Shown here: positions 1-17,221 of the stretch, piece after piece | Layout: every line of letters begins with the position of its first letter | Numbering within the stretch: the stretch's first letter is position 1 | Source: Priapulus caudatus | Taxonomy: Eukaryota | Direction: 5' to 3' | Length of the DNA stretch: 34,491 bases | NCBI RefSeq assembly: GCF_000485595.1 | Contig: NW_014577064.1 | Span: 163,363-197,853 of the forward strand | Notes under the pieces: generated by a model | Told to the model about the DNA's origin: nothing | The model's input: the letters and a program-made list of their open reading frames with translations, nothing else | Database searches by the model: none | Made by a program: the position numbers and the translations under genes

Positions 1-400
<400 letters not shown>

Positions 401-516
401 CAAATAAAAACGTGCATGTATATATATATCTAAAACAACGCCCACGCGGGCAAGGTGAGTGACATCTACCGCGCGCATCTCTCTCTAAATTCGAAATTCA
501 CATATCATGTTATTAC

Positions 517-718
517 CTTTTGCTGTCGTTTCATTATGTGCCGTAATACTGCTTGACATTGTGTTGCGTTGATCATTCGATGACCCTGCAGGCAGCGTGG
601 CGGACGCATGGTTGCGCCTGCCTAGCTTTCTGTGGTGACGCCTCGGCAAGGAGCAGCCAACTCCAAGAAGGGCGCTAGCCACCGCCACTGCAGCAAGCAC
701 TACCGCGATCTTTCTCAT
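517..718 (-). CDS. Probable first coding exon of a secreted or membrane protein; gene continues beyond the left edge
   Basis: ATG at 718 (context GTCATGA). Translation MRKIAVVLAAVAVASALLGVGCS-LPRRHHRKLGRRNH...HNETTAK shows a basic N-region, a hydrophobic core, a small-residue cleavage site and an N-E-T glycosylation sequon. Ends at donor AAAG|GTAATA (phase 1). CCAAT about 230 bp upstream (near 946). Confidence 0.6.
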
Positions 719-1175
719 GACTCGCACTCATCCACGATACTTCGTCGGCATCTGCACCGAGCCCCGGACGATAGACGGAGAAACGGCAGACGGAGGTTAA
801 AGCCGCTAGGAAACGGATAGACGCTACTTTTAGCGCGTTGTCTCATGCGTTTTTCTGCGATGTTGTCTGGTCAACCGTATACAGAACATTGCTGAATCTA
901 CTCTGCACATTCCAACCCGCTGTGGCGCCAGGTGCCACATACGACCAATCACGTCTCTACCCTGACGACTTGCCCCCCGGCATGACGGGAGCTGATGCGT
1001 AGCCATCAGCTTTAATGGTGCATTGTTGCTATTGTAAGCCAGCAAATTTTCATTTATTGTAATTATTGAACACCAAGTCCTTATTAAAAGTCTCAGACAG
1101 GTTAGAGACGAGTAAGTGGCACGCGCAGGACAACATGCGATTGCGAATTCTGTGCTCACGCACGCCCGAACGCTT

Positions 1176-1332
1176 CCTGCGCGCACGCACGCACGCACGC
1201 CTCCTGCGCGCACGCACGCACGCACGCACGCCGCGCACACGCACGCACGCACGCCGCGCACACGTACACATGCGCGCCGTACACAGCACGCCTCACGCTC
1301 ACTGCACGCACGCCCACATGCACGCACGCGCG
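1176..1332. repeat. Degenerate (GCAC)n microsatellite
   Basis: Visible GCAC/CGCA runs. Confidence 0.9.
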
Positions 1333-1484
1333 TTATCCGTATGCGATGGTGGAACAGATAAAACACAATAGCTAAATAGAATGAGAATAATAATTAAGTA
1401 GAACAACGTGATTAATTAGTGCGAATAGGTAATGAGCAAAAGAAAGAGATGAGATTTCTCTCTCCCTTCTCTCTTTTGCTACAA

Positions 1485-2092
<608 letters not shown>

Positions 2093-3202
2093 CTAACTAT
2101 ATATATAATTATATACACACACACACACACAGGCACGCACGTTTGGATGTAGTAACGTTGTTATTTCAGAATAGCTTGCTCTTTTTACCATCGTCGTTTA
2201 CGTAGAGTCGGTCTAACCCGGAATTTAAAATAAGTGAAATGACTACACACGTACAGATTTCAACAGGATATCACGAGCAGAAGTAATCTGCATGGCCGTC
2301 ACTGCACATGCGCACATCAGTCGAACACACGGGTGAGTAAAACCACACACACATTATCAGGCAGTTACCGACCAATTCTAAGGCAAGATTCCTGCGTGTA
2401 TCATCGCTTCATTTCGTATTTAGTCTACAGCCAAAGACTCCTAAATTCGAATTAATATTTTATACTACAAGTGCCACTAGATGGCACCACGAACCAATTC
2501 GAAGGCGCGATGTAAAACTCGGGCTAGTTATATGGTTTGTAAACTGTAAAATTCAAAGAGGCGTACTCGTCTCGTTAAAGATATGGGGCGATCGTTCGCC
2601 ACGCGTGCTGATTGCCTACTTAAAATTCAGTGTCTGGGTGCGCCCCCTTTTACTGCCGGTTCACCAGCATTTCCTATGCAACAACGGGGTAGAGAGGTTT
2701 TCACAGACCCTGGATATTCCAGTGAGATAACGGACATAACAGACGCGCTCATCGATTATTAATATTATATAAAATCACAGCGTGCTTGCTAACAGTCGAA
2801 GTGTCTGCTAACACTCGGTTCTCACCAGTACTCCACCCTTTCACCCCCCTCCCCCCCAACATGCTCGCCGCGTATAATTTACATGCATGTCACCATTGTG
2901 CTAATCTCACAAAGAAGTGTTTCTGGCAATTGCTTCTTAGATAATAAACCTGGAACGATGATTCGTGTGGCTGCAATAGATAGTCTGTCTTATCTGGCTG
3001 CGTATGGCATGAATTAGGATGAAGAGTGGGTGCCTATAGTGCCTACTGAAATTAATTTATGAAATTTAATTTTTTAAACCTCCAATCTGTGGTCTCCAGT
3101 TGTGCGTGTACTATTTCTTTATCCGTAAATGTGCATGAGATCCGAGAATAAGCGATAGCTTTTAAAAAAACAACGTCGGGAAGCATGTCGCGATAACCGC
3201 AC

Positions 3203-3558
3203 GAAACACAGCTGAATCACATTCCTATCTAGCTTTAATGATGTCATTCAGTAAGAAACCGTCAAAATAATTATTTCCGGCTCTCGTAATTTAAATTAGC
3301 GTTTTATGAAGGATTTAATAATGGCCTCGAAACCTTTGTATTTGTATGCGGATTCTTTTCCATGTCTGTCGGCAGATATCGAAACGATACTGAGTCATCA
3401 CACTTTACCTGAGTAACTGAGGTTGGACCAATATTAAATCATCTATAGGATTCTATACCCAATTATTGAATTTCAGGAACCGTAAATAACTATTGTGAAG
3501 ATTACAATTGCAGCACGACATCATTAAAGCTAGACAGTCATGAGTCCAGCTCTGTTCC
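3203..3558. mobile_element. Degenerate MITE-like element with terminal inverted repeats
   Basis: Perfect 18-bp inverted repeat TCTAGCTTTAATGATGTC (3228-3245) / GACATCATTAAAGCTAGA (3517-3534), extending imperfectly outward by about 25 bp. No clear TSD. Confidence 0.5.
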
Positions 3559-3909
3559 ACGTGATCAGAAGTAGATAACAGGAAAGTTCCGATGTGATGT
3601 TAGTCTATGACTTCCCACATATATCCTCTGTATACATATTTAATAGTAGTGACGTGTCATACCCTATTCACTTTAATAGTTGCCGAAATTCTGTGATCAG
3701 TCTATTGTAAACTCCACATTGGATCGTGTTTGTTTTATACAATTACATGGTATTTTAATTATTATAATTAAAAATACCATAATTGCGTAACTCTTTAACG
3801 TAACAGTATCACATAATTGCGAGGTTTTATGCGTATAATGGTAATATTTGCATGTGTTTTAGTCACGGTATTTTTACCTATCTTCCTCTTTCGCGTTATA
3901 CCGCTATAC

Positions 3910-6900
3910 GCATAGATCTAACACAACATTTCAATTCAGCTAAATACACAAACTGGTACACTAATGATAGAACACTACACATATTATTTGTATTGCGGCA
4001 TTATTGTATTTCTCTCAGATTTAAGACCGAAGAAACCGAAAAATTAATACACTACATTTGAAAACGAAATTATACAGCTATATTGATGCTAAAAAGCTCA
4101 ATAAGTCTGTCGCACGGCACTTTTATGGATTATTAATAAGATACTATCTCGACCAGTGTAGCCTCCTTCCCACTCTTGCGCTAATCCGCTGATAGCAGTG
4201 TGGCTCGAAGGTAGGATATAAGCCTGGCTGCGTCCCAGGACGCGACGCGACCGCCCGCTCCGCCTTCGTCGCTCGCTCGCGCCCGACGACTAGCACTCGT
4301 CTCGTCTGTGCCACGGGCGCGTGCGACGTACCAACCGCTAATCGTCGCTGTACTGCGGTGTCGGCGCGAACCGTCGCGTCGGCAGCGGGGCGCGTGCGGC
4401 GGAGCGTGCGTGAGCAAGCATGAGCCCGAGAACGACGTCGTCGGGGACGTCGTTGCCGTCGTTGGTCCGCGTCGTCTGCGCGCGGCACGCGTCGTCCCGT
4501 CGTCGTACCCGACGCCAGTGGTCGCGGTTTATGCTCACCGTCGCCAGCGCCGCACGCCGTCGTCCGCAGCGGCGGCAGCAGTAGCGGCAAGCGGCGGTGA
4601 CAGTGACCGGGTCAATCAGCGGGCGTGACATGTGGCGGCATTAGTGGCGACAGTAAGTGGCCTGTGACAGTAGCGGCAGGCCAGTGCCGTGACAGTACGG
4701 CACCAGCACAGTGGGCCGTGACAGTGGGAGTCATCAGCGGCCGTGACAGTGGCGACGCAATGGCGCAGTAGTGCCGTGACATGGCGGTATCAGGGCCGTC
4801 GGACAGTGGCGGCACAGTAGGCCGGGACAGTGCGGCAGTAGTGCCGTGGACCAGTGACGTATCAGCTGGCACGTGACAGTGGCGGCATCAGTGGCCGTAG
4901 ACAGTGGCGGCATCAGTGGCCGTGACAGTGGCGGCAGTCATCATGGCCGTACCAAGTGCGCAATCAGTGCCGTGACAGTGGCGGGCATCAGTCGGCGCGT
5001 GACATGGCGGCAGTATCAGTTGCCGTGACAAGGGCGGCGAGTAGTGCCGTGACAGTGGCGGTACAGTTGCTCCGTGAACAGTAGCGGTATCAGTGGCCGG
5101 ACAGTGGCGCCTCAGTGGACGCGACAGTGGCGCAAGTAGTGCCGGACAGGGACGGTATCATGGCCGTGACAGTGCGCAAAATCGTGGCCGGGACAGTGCG
5201 GCATCAGTGGGCCGTGACAGTGGCGCAGTAATCAAGTGGCCGTGACGTGCGCATCAGTGGCCGTGACAGTGCGGCATCAGTGCCGTGACAGTGGCGGGCA
5301 GTATCAGTGGCCGTGACAGTGGCGAGTAGTGCCGTGACAGTGGCGGTAAATCAGTGCCGTGACAGTGACGGTATCAGTGGCCGTGAACAGTGGCGGGTAT
5401 CAGCTGGCCGTGACAGTGCGGCAGTAGTGGCTTGTGACATGGCGGTATAGCGCGTGACAGTGGGCGGCATCAGTGGCCGCGACAGTGGCGGCATGCAGTG
5501 GGCCGTGACAGTGCGGCAGTAGCATGCCGTGACAGTGGGCGGTATCAAGTCGCCGGACAGGACGGCAAATCAAGTGGCCCGTGACTAGTGACGGCATCAG
5601 TGCCGGTGACAGTGGCGGCAGTATCAGTGGCCCGTGACAGTGGCGGCATAAGTGGCCGGACAGGGCGGTATTCCATCGCAGCGGCCCTGACAGTGGCGAT
5701 CAGCTGGCCGTGCAGTGGCGGCCATCAGTGCCGTGACAGTGGCGGCAGTAGTGCCGTGACAGTGGCGGCAGTACAGTGGCCGGTGAACAGTGGCGGCATA
5801 GTGGCCGTTGACAGTTGGCGGTATCATGGCCGTGACAGTGGCGCAGTAATCAGTGGCGCGGACAGTGGCGGCATCAGCGGCCGTGACCGTGGCGGTAATC
5901 CAGTGCCGTGACAGTGACGCATCAGCGGCCGTGACAGTGGCGCAGTATCAGTGGCCGTGACAGTGGCGGCAGGAGTGGCCGTGACGTGCGGTAATCAAGC
6001 GGCCGTGACAAGTGCGCGGCCAGTAATCAGTTGGCCGTGACAGTGCGGGCAGTAGTGGCCGTGACAGTGACGCGAATCAGCGGCCAGTGACAGTGCGGCA
6101 TCAGTGGCCGTGACAGTGACGGCATCAGTGGCCGTCGACAGTGAACGGCATTCAGCGCCGTGACAGTGGCGGCATCAGTGCCGTGACATGTACGGCAGTA
6201 TCAGTGGCCCGTGACAGTGGCGGCAGTTAGTGCCGTGACAGTGACGGCATCAGGGCCGTGACAGTGACGGGCATCAGTGGTCCGTGACAGTGGCGCAGTA
6301 TCAGTGGCCGTGAAAGTGGCGGCAGTAGGGCCAGTGACAGTGGCGGTAATCACGGCCAGTACAGTGGCGGCATCAGTGCCGTGACAGTGGCGGCATCAGT
6401 GCCGTACATGGCGCAGTAAGAGGCCGTGACAGTGCGCGCCAAGTATCAGTGGCGTGAAACCCCCAAAAGTGGCGGCAGTAGTGGCCGTGACAGTGCGGTA
6501 TCAGTGCCGGACAGTGGCCGCATATCAGTGCCGTGACCAGTGGCGGCATCAGCGGCCGTGAAGCGGGCGGTATCAGTGGCCGTGATCAGGATCGGCATCA
6601 GCGGCCGTGACAGTGGCGGCAGTATCAGTGCCGTGACAGTGCGGCCAGTAGTGGCCGTGGACAGATGCGCGTATCAGCGGCCGTGACAGTGCGGCAAGTA
6701 TCAGTGGCCGTGAACATGCGGCAGTAGTGGCCGTGACAGTGACGGCATCAGCGTCCGTGACAGTGGCGGCATCAGTGGCCGTGACAGTGACGCATCAAGT
6801 GGCCGTGACAGTGACGGCATCAGTGGCCGTGACAGTGCGGTATCAGTGGCCGTGACAAATGGCGGTATCAGTGGCCCGGACAGTGGCGGTATCAAGCGCC

Positions 6901-8133
6901 GTGACAGTGGCGCAATCAGTGGCCGTGACAGTGACGTAAGTGGCGCGTGACAGCTTGCGTAGCAGTGGCCGCGACAGTGACGGCATCACCGTGGCCGTGA
7001 CAGTGGCGGCATTCAGCGCCGTGACAGTAATCGGCAGTGTGGCCGTGACAGTGGGCGGCATCAAGCCGGCCGTGACAAGTGACGGCATCAGTGGCCGGTG
7101 ACAGTGGCGGTATCAGTGGCCGGACAGGGCAGCACAGTGGCGGCATCAGTAGCCGTGACAGTGGCAGCGACGTGGCAGCATCAGCGGCACGACATGGCGG
7201 TGCGAATATCAGTAAATTTGTCGGATGCATCTGGCAGAAGCGTCCCAACCGGCGACCAGCGGCGACAGTGGCAGCATCAACTGGGCAGCGACAGCATCAT
7301 TAATCGCGCGCGCGACGGCGCCGCGGCAGTGGCAGCATCAGCGGCAGCGACAGCATCATATCGCGGCGACGGCCGGGCGGGCGGCAGTGGCACATCAGCG
7401 GCGGCGACGACCTCCGCCCGCCTCTGCAAGCAGCTTCTCGGCCTGCTCTCTTAAGCAACAGTCAGCGGGCGCAGCGCTCGCCGCGATGGCGCGACGCCCT
7501 CCTCGGGCTCCCTCCACCGCTGCAGTGAGAATGCCCGACATCAGTCACCGTCGTCTGCTACAGTCTTGTCGCTATCCGTCATGGCAATATTTTAGCATCA
7601 AAGATAAAGAGTTTTTCGTTCATGTCAATTAGAAATCAGGGTTCACTGCAGATAGTTGGACGGGGCACACGCGCAAAGTTTGCTTCCAAAAAAGCGGCTT
7701 CATGCAGACGCTTAATTATCAGCAATTTTTTACGACAGGACAAACAGAGACATGTATGTACTGTACCCGGGTTTATATGCGAAGCGCACGAGCAAACTAG
7801 GGTAGAGTAGCAACGACTGTTCATTGCGTGCAACACACTCGTCAAATGTTCGAGATAGTCCGGGCGACAAGAAAGGAAGGTGAACCACGTTATATTCCCT
7901 CTGTGCCGTGTTTACACTACAGCGAATCCCCGTAGTCCTGCGGTGACCACCGCTCGCCGAGCGCATCCCTCCGCTCTCGCTCGCGCGGCTGCACGATGGC
8001 GCTAATGTCTTTCAACGCCTGGCGCCCTCTGGGGAACTCTGGCCGCCGTCTCGGCGCGCTTCTGCAGATGCGGCTGTGAGCGTCCGGCAGCCGACTGCAC
8101 CTCTGCAACGAACTCGTGCGTTCAGTGCGGCGC
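3910..8133 (-). other. Indel-rich duplicate of 8237-10695 (exons 4-5 of the minus-strand gene plus 3' flank); probably an uncorrected long-read gap fill of another haplotype
   Basis: Colinear with 8237-10695 from CATAGATCTA onward. Differences are dominated by 1-bp indels. Ends at a gap of exactly 25 N (8134-8158). Confidence 0.8.
4600..7170. repeat. 24/27-bp minisatellite, noisy long copy (about 2.5 kb)
   Basis: Unit GACAGTGGCGGCATCAGTGGCCGT with a recurrent 27-bp variant GACAGTGGCGGCAGTATCAGTGGCCGT. Confidence 0.95.
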
Positions 8134-8459
8134 NNNNNNNNNNNNNNNNNNNNNNNNNTCAACCGGATTCGTGCACGCGCCTAGAAGATATGCAGGAACA
8201 AACAGAACGACACTACTCAAATTATTATATAGATAGCATAGATCTAACCAACATTTCAATTCAGTAAATACACAATGGTACACTAATGATAGAATCACTA
8301 CACATATTATTTTATTGCACAATTATTTATTTCTCTCAGATTTCGACCGAGGAACCAAAATTATACACTACTTTGAAAACAAAATTATACACTATAGTTT
8401 GATGCTAAAAAGTTCAATAAAGTCTTTCGCACGCACTTTTATGGGATTATTCATAAGAA

Positions 8460-13065
<4,606 letters not shown>

Positions 13066-13139
13066 TGGCTTCAGGTTATTTTTTTCTTGTACGATGTGTG
13101 CTTCGCAGTAGCGCACAATGACTGTAGAGTACACAGATC

Positions 13140-13161
13140 GCTTCCATGGCAACCAGATTGG
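13140..13161 (-). promoter_or_regulatory. RFX X-box with adjacent CCAAT box, about 75 bp upstream of the ATG at 13065
   Basis: GCTTCCATGGCAAC (13140-13153) fits GYTNYY-N2-RRNRAC with a perfect GGCAAC half-site; ATTGG at 13157-13161. Confidence 0.55.
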
Positions 13162-13332
13162 CGCGATCGAGAACAATAGCGCGCCATCTGCCGATAGCGT
13201 TAAAAGATAACAACTGGATTTCGAGCAACTGGAAGCGATCGGCAGCGACTAGTTGCGTCCAGTTGCACACTGTTCTATTCCGAGCAACTAGTGGAGGCCA
13301 GTCGCAAGCAGTCGCGTCGCAGTCGACCGACC

Positions 13333-13463
13333 TAATGCCCGGCGCACACGTGAGTTATTTTACTCAAGTAAAATGACGCATGAGTCATTTTACTCACGTG
13401 TGCGGCGGATTTTCGTTGAGTAATTTGACTCGTGCGTCATTTTACTTGAGTAAAATAACTTAC
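13333..13463. mobile_element. Truncated palindromic MITE sharing its terminus with the element at 14121
   Basis: Begins TAATGCCCGGCGCACACGTG. Contains a near-perfect 37-bp inverted repeat (GTGAGTTATTTTACTCAAGTAAAATGACGCATGAGTC and its reverse complement). Confidence 0.65.
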
Positions 13464-13834
13464 TGCAGTCGCAGTGAATTGCAGCCAGTTGCTTCCAGTC
13501 GAGTCGGCTCGCAAGCCCGACATAAGCCCCCCTTTAGCATTGTATTTGTTAGAAGGGGCGCATTGCGCAATTTTGTTTTATACTTCTGAATTAACGTGCG
13601 CGGTTCGATATGCTCATACACAAATTTACTAAGAAAGTACTAGTTCACCCACGTCTGATGTGCGGCAGCGTTTGAGAAGAGTGCGCGAATCCACAGATTT
13701 CATTATTGTATATTTATTTGTCTATTATGTCCGTCATTATGCGCGCACACGCGCCTGCGAACTACTCTAACTATTCCCCAGCGAGAGTAAAACTGATTTA
13801 TAGATCACTTGTCCATGTCCGTTAGGTGGTCAAA

Positions 13835-13836
<2 letters not shown>

Positions 13837-13883
<47 letters not shown>
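13837..13883. repeat. (CA)n microsatellite
   Basis: Visible directly. Confidence 0.95.
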
Positions 13884-13887
<4 letters not shown>

Positions 13888-14120
13888 AAAAATAAGATAG
13901 CTTGTAAGAGTATTATTAGAGGTCAATCTGAACGTTGTATGTTTTACGTTTACGGTTGAAAATCTTACCTGCGACATCAGGAGTTTCTTGACAGCGGGCG
14001 ACTTTCTTGCGGGCGGTATCTTGTCGATGCTTAATATCTCGACGAGTCAGTGATGCCTTTCTTTTTGGTGGCATTAGCTGGGCACTTATAACCAATTTTT
14101 TGCCGTGTGGAAACTTTGAC

Positions 14121-14282
14121 TAAAGCCCGGCGCACACGTGGCGATTGTTCAGCGACTGGGCAACAAATATCAAACGTGTTTGATATTCCAACGACGAGTT
14201 TCTGGCGTCAAAATCGGTGACGCCGTGCAGCGCACACGTCCGGTACTGTCGATAAAAATCGCCACGTGTGCGCCGGGCTTTA
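14121..14282. mobile_element. Intact MITE (PIF/Harbinger-like termini, TA/TWA flanks)
   Basis: Perfect 26-bp inverted termini TAAAGCCCGGCGCACACGTGGCGATT...AATCGCCACGTGTGCGCCGGGCTTTA, with an internal hairpin AATATCAAAC-GT-GTTTGATATT. Confidence 0.8.
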
Positions 14283-16226
14283 TGTTATAACGAAATGCGC
14301 TCCATTTAAGAAACAATGTAAAAACAATGTATAACATTTCTCTGGTAATTAGATGGAGCGACTTAGAAAATCTTAGATGGAGCGCCTTTTGTTATACATT
14401 GTTTTTTATATTGCCATTGTGTTTTCGTGTTGTGACGTTGCCCCGCGCTCGGTAGCAAAATTTCCAATTTTTTAATGTTTTTGAACGTGGAATGTGAAGT
14501 AGGTGCAGGCGGAGGAGGTGAATGTGATGGGAGGAGGAAGTGGAGGAACAGAAGAAGAAGATAAAGGCGAGAGAAGGAGGCGGCAGAGGTGGGGAAGATG
14601 GAAGAGGAGGTAGAAGGAATAGGCGGGAGAGATAGAAGAAGACAGGATATCGTATAAGGTCAAATCTCTGCGCACGCGTGTCCAGTATCTGCTATCAGAA
14701 ATGCTATTAAGAGCGTGGAGAAGAGTGGAGATAAGCAGCTAGGGAGAGAAAGATGTAGGGAAACTGGAAAACGCGGAGCTGTATCGGCTGACTTGCATCT
14801 TCGCACGTGCTCAGTATCTGCCAAAGCAAATGCAATTCTGCTGATATCATACATTTAAAATTGAGGAGTCATGTTCAACAGTAGTTTGCAATAAATATCT
14901 CTAAATATTTTACGTAGATGAACCACCCAGCCACCGTATTTTCACGTATACATTATCATATGTTCGTGTATTTCTCCTATCTGACAAAATTATTGCCGTT
15001 ATTTTGAAATTTTGCTCACACGTATAATATGGATTACATATACCTTATCAGCAATAGCTTGCCATGAAATATATCTCTCTCGAATATTTCCCTTTCATGA
15101 GAAGTATGCCAAACCGCTGTCTATATCTATGCTATAGTATAGAGTCCGTTTTACGTGCGCGCATGCCCAGTACCGAAAGAAATCGTATGTATGATACTAT
15201 ATATATTCATATAAGAAGGTGTGTACGCAAGAGCAGTTTGACCTGATAAATGTTTGCACAGAATTTGACTTAAAAAATTAGATGTAGAATGTAGGCCTAT
15301 ATACACAGGGTATACCCACAGCAGCTTGGACATAGTTTTTCTACTATACATGTATCATTAGATTTTCAAACGGTCTAAACATCATGAACATTGAATGTAC
15401 TGTCATTATTGACAAATATTGCGCCTGGAAATACGTTGAGGTATATAGGCATCTGGTACATCAAACTACTCTCGGATATCCGTTCTTTACTCTTGTCGGA
15501 TATTGACAAGTTCATAGGATATTGGTTAGAAAATGCCTGGCCTATTTTTATTTCATTTGATGAAATTTGTACAGCGAATGGATTCCCGTGGACAGCCGGG
15601 CTTTGGTTTGACACACATAGTTAGAAACATGAGCTCTGGTTTGAAACGACACCTTCCGCCCCCTAGCGGGAATCACGGGAACCTGTGACGGATAAGCGAC
15701 ACCTTGTGGCGAAAATTGACCGGTTGTCCTGATACCCGATACTTGATTGGCTAAAAAGGCTGGATTTTATGTTAAAATTAAATCAATCTGGTTTTTCTTG
15801 TGGCTAATAAGATTTTATTGTTAACAACGTAGCCAGTAATCTATCTTTATTAGCGAATAGTATTTTATTGCGCTCTTACACGTAAAATGAAATAAGCGGG
15901 ACCTCGAAATGTGACCAATCACCAACCAGCCCATTGTATGTGTCGAATGGTATGGTACCCCATCTACATTGTACGCGTTATTCAAGAGCCATGTAGATAA
16001 TTATAAACATAGTCGGTCCATTTTTATGTTAAATAAAGATCAGAAGTCATGGTTACCTGTATGTGAAACACGATATGTTGTAGGTATATTCATTTGAAAA
16101 ACAGCGTTTCTATGAATCCTTGCATGGTCACATAGTTTGACTTAAATGTTGTTAATAATAATCCAGACCATGGCAAGCTATTGTCTACTTCTGTCTCCAG
16201 TCTACAGTCTACACAACACAGTCAGA

Positions 16227-16645
16227 AGCTGTGGACACACTACGCATTTTTCATGCGATCGAGCCGGCCGGCTCAGTCAGGCGGCTCTGTGGACACACTA
16301 CGCGACTGAGTCGGGCGGCTCTGTGGACACACTACGCGACTGAGTCGGGCGGCTCTGTGGACACACTACGCGACTGAGTCGGGCGACTCTGTGGATTTTC
16401 AGCACGCTGATAGGCTGATGAATTGTACAATCGGCCGGCTCAATCGCAGACCCGGGCACACTAGGCGATTGCAGCCGGCCGGCTTAAATAATTATCAAAC
16501 ATGTTTGAATCGGGCGACTCGGCCGGCCGACTCGAAAATCGACCGCGACTCGCTGGACACACTACATGATTTTTCATGCGATGGAGCCGGCCGGCTCGGT
16601 CGGCCGGCTCGATCGCATGAAAAATCGCCAAGTTTGTCCACCCCT
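16227..16645. mobile_element. MITE (Harbinger-like) with an internal 34-bp tandem repeat
   Basis: Inverted termini of about 45 bp (GTGGACACACT...TTTTTCATGCGATCGAGCCGGCCG). Three full copies plus a partial of GGCGGCTCTGTGGACACACTACGCGACTGAGTCG at 16280, 16314, 16348, 16382. TCAAACATGTTTGA palindrome near 16495. Confidence 0.75.
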
Positions 16646-17221
16646 AGAGCCTAGATCCTCCTCAACCGCGCAGTGATTGCGGCGTTACGTTATTGCCGAT
16701 CTCTACGTCCACATATCTTCGTTCGTCTAGCCTTAGTAATGTTATCGAGTGCTAATGCACATCATACATTCATCACTCTATTAGTATTATAGGTGTACTG
16801 GTGACGTACTGTATGTACCAGCCCACCCTGCACAGGACTGGACAAACAACCTTAGCCTATTCTTTCTTTTTTACCGAGCTTTATTGCCTCCCTACATGAC
16901 AGGATTATGCTGTGGTTAATTGTAAAATTTTGGAAAAAAATGTGAACATTTTTATACTTCAATCTGCATTGTTGATCTATCGATGGGATCAACATTGTCT
17001 CTTTCTGTTTTCAGTGTAGTCCCTTGGACTTTTAAGACTAGGCGTTACAAGGTTACGACTTTATAGGATCCGGTCTTGCTAACGTATTCCATGTATGGGC
17101 ACGTTGTCCGTGTTTCAGATCAACCCCATCCGGTAGCCACAAGAGAACTTCGCACTACGTCACGTAAAACAGTCTCCGTGAAACGGTCGTAGATCCCGGT
17201 CTGGCGACCCACCCGGCGACG

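Noticed and set aside
3910..8133. Calling the left copy a true pseudogene
   Set aside because: The uniform 1-bp indel pattern and the 25-N boundary fit raw long-read sequence better; kept as an assembly/allele finding.
13962..14060. Strong minus-strand donor CAG|GTAAGA near 13968 as an upstream coding exon
   Set aside because: The phase-2 frame needed to join exon 2 contains a TGA, whereas 13065-13007 joins cleanly. It could at most be a 5' UTR exon.
16280..16395. 34-bp repeats of CRISPR-like size
   Set aside because: They are head-to-tail with no spacers, lie inside a MITE in an animal genome, and no cas genes are present.
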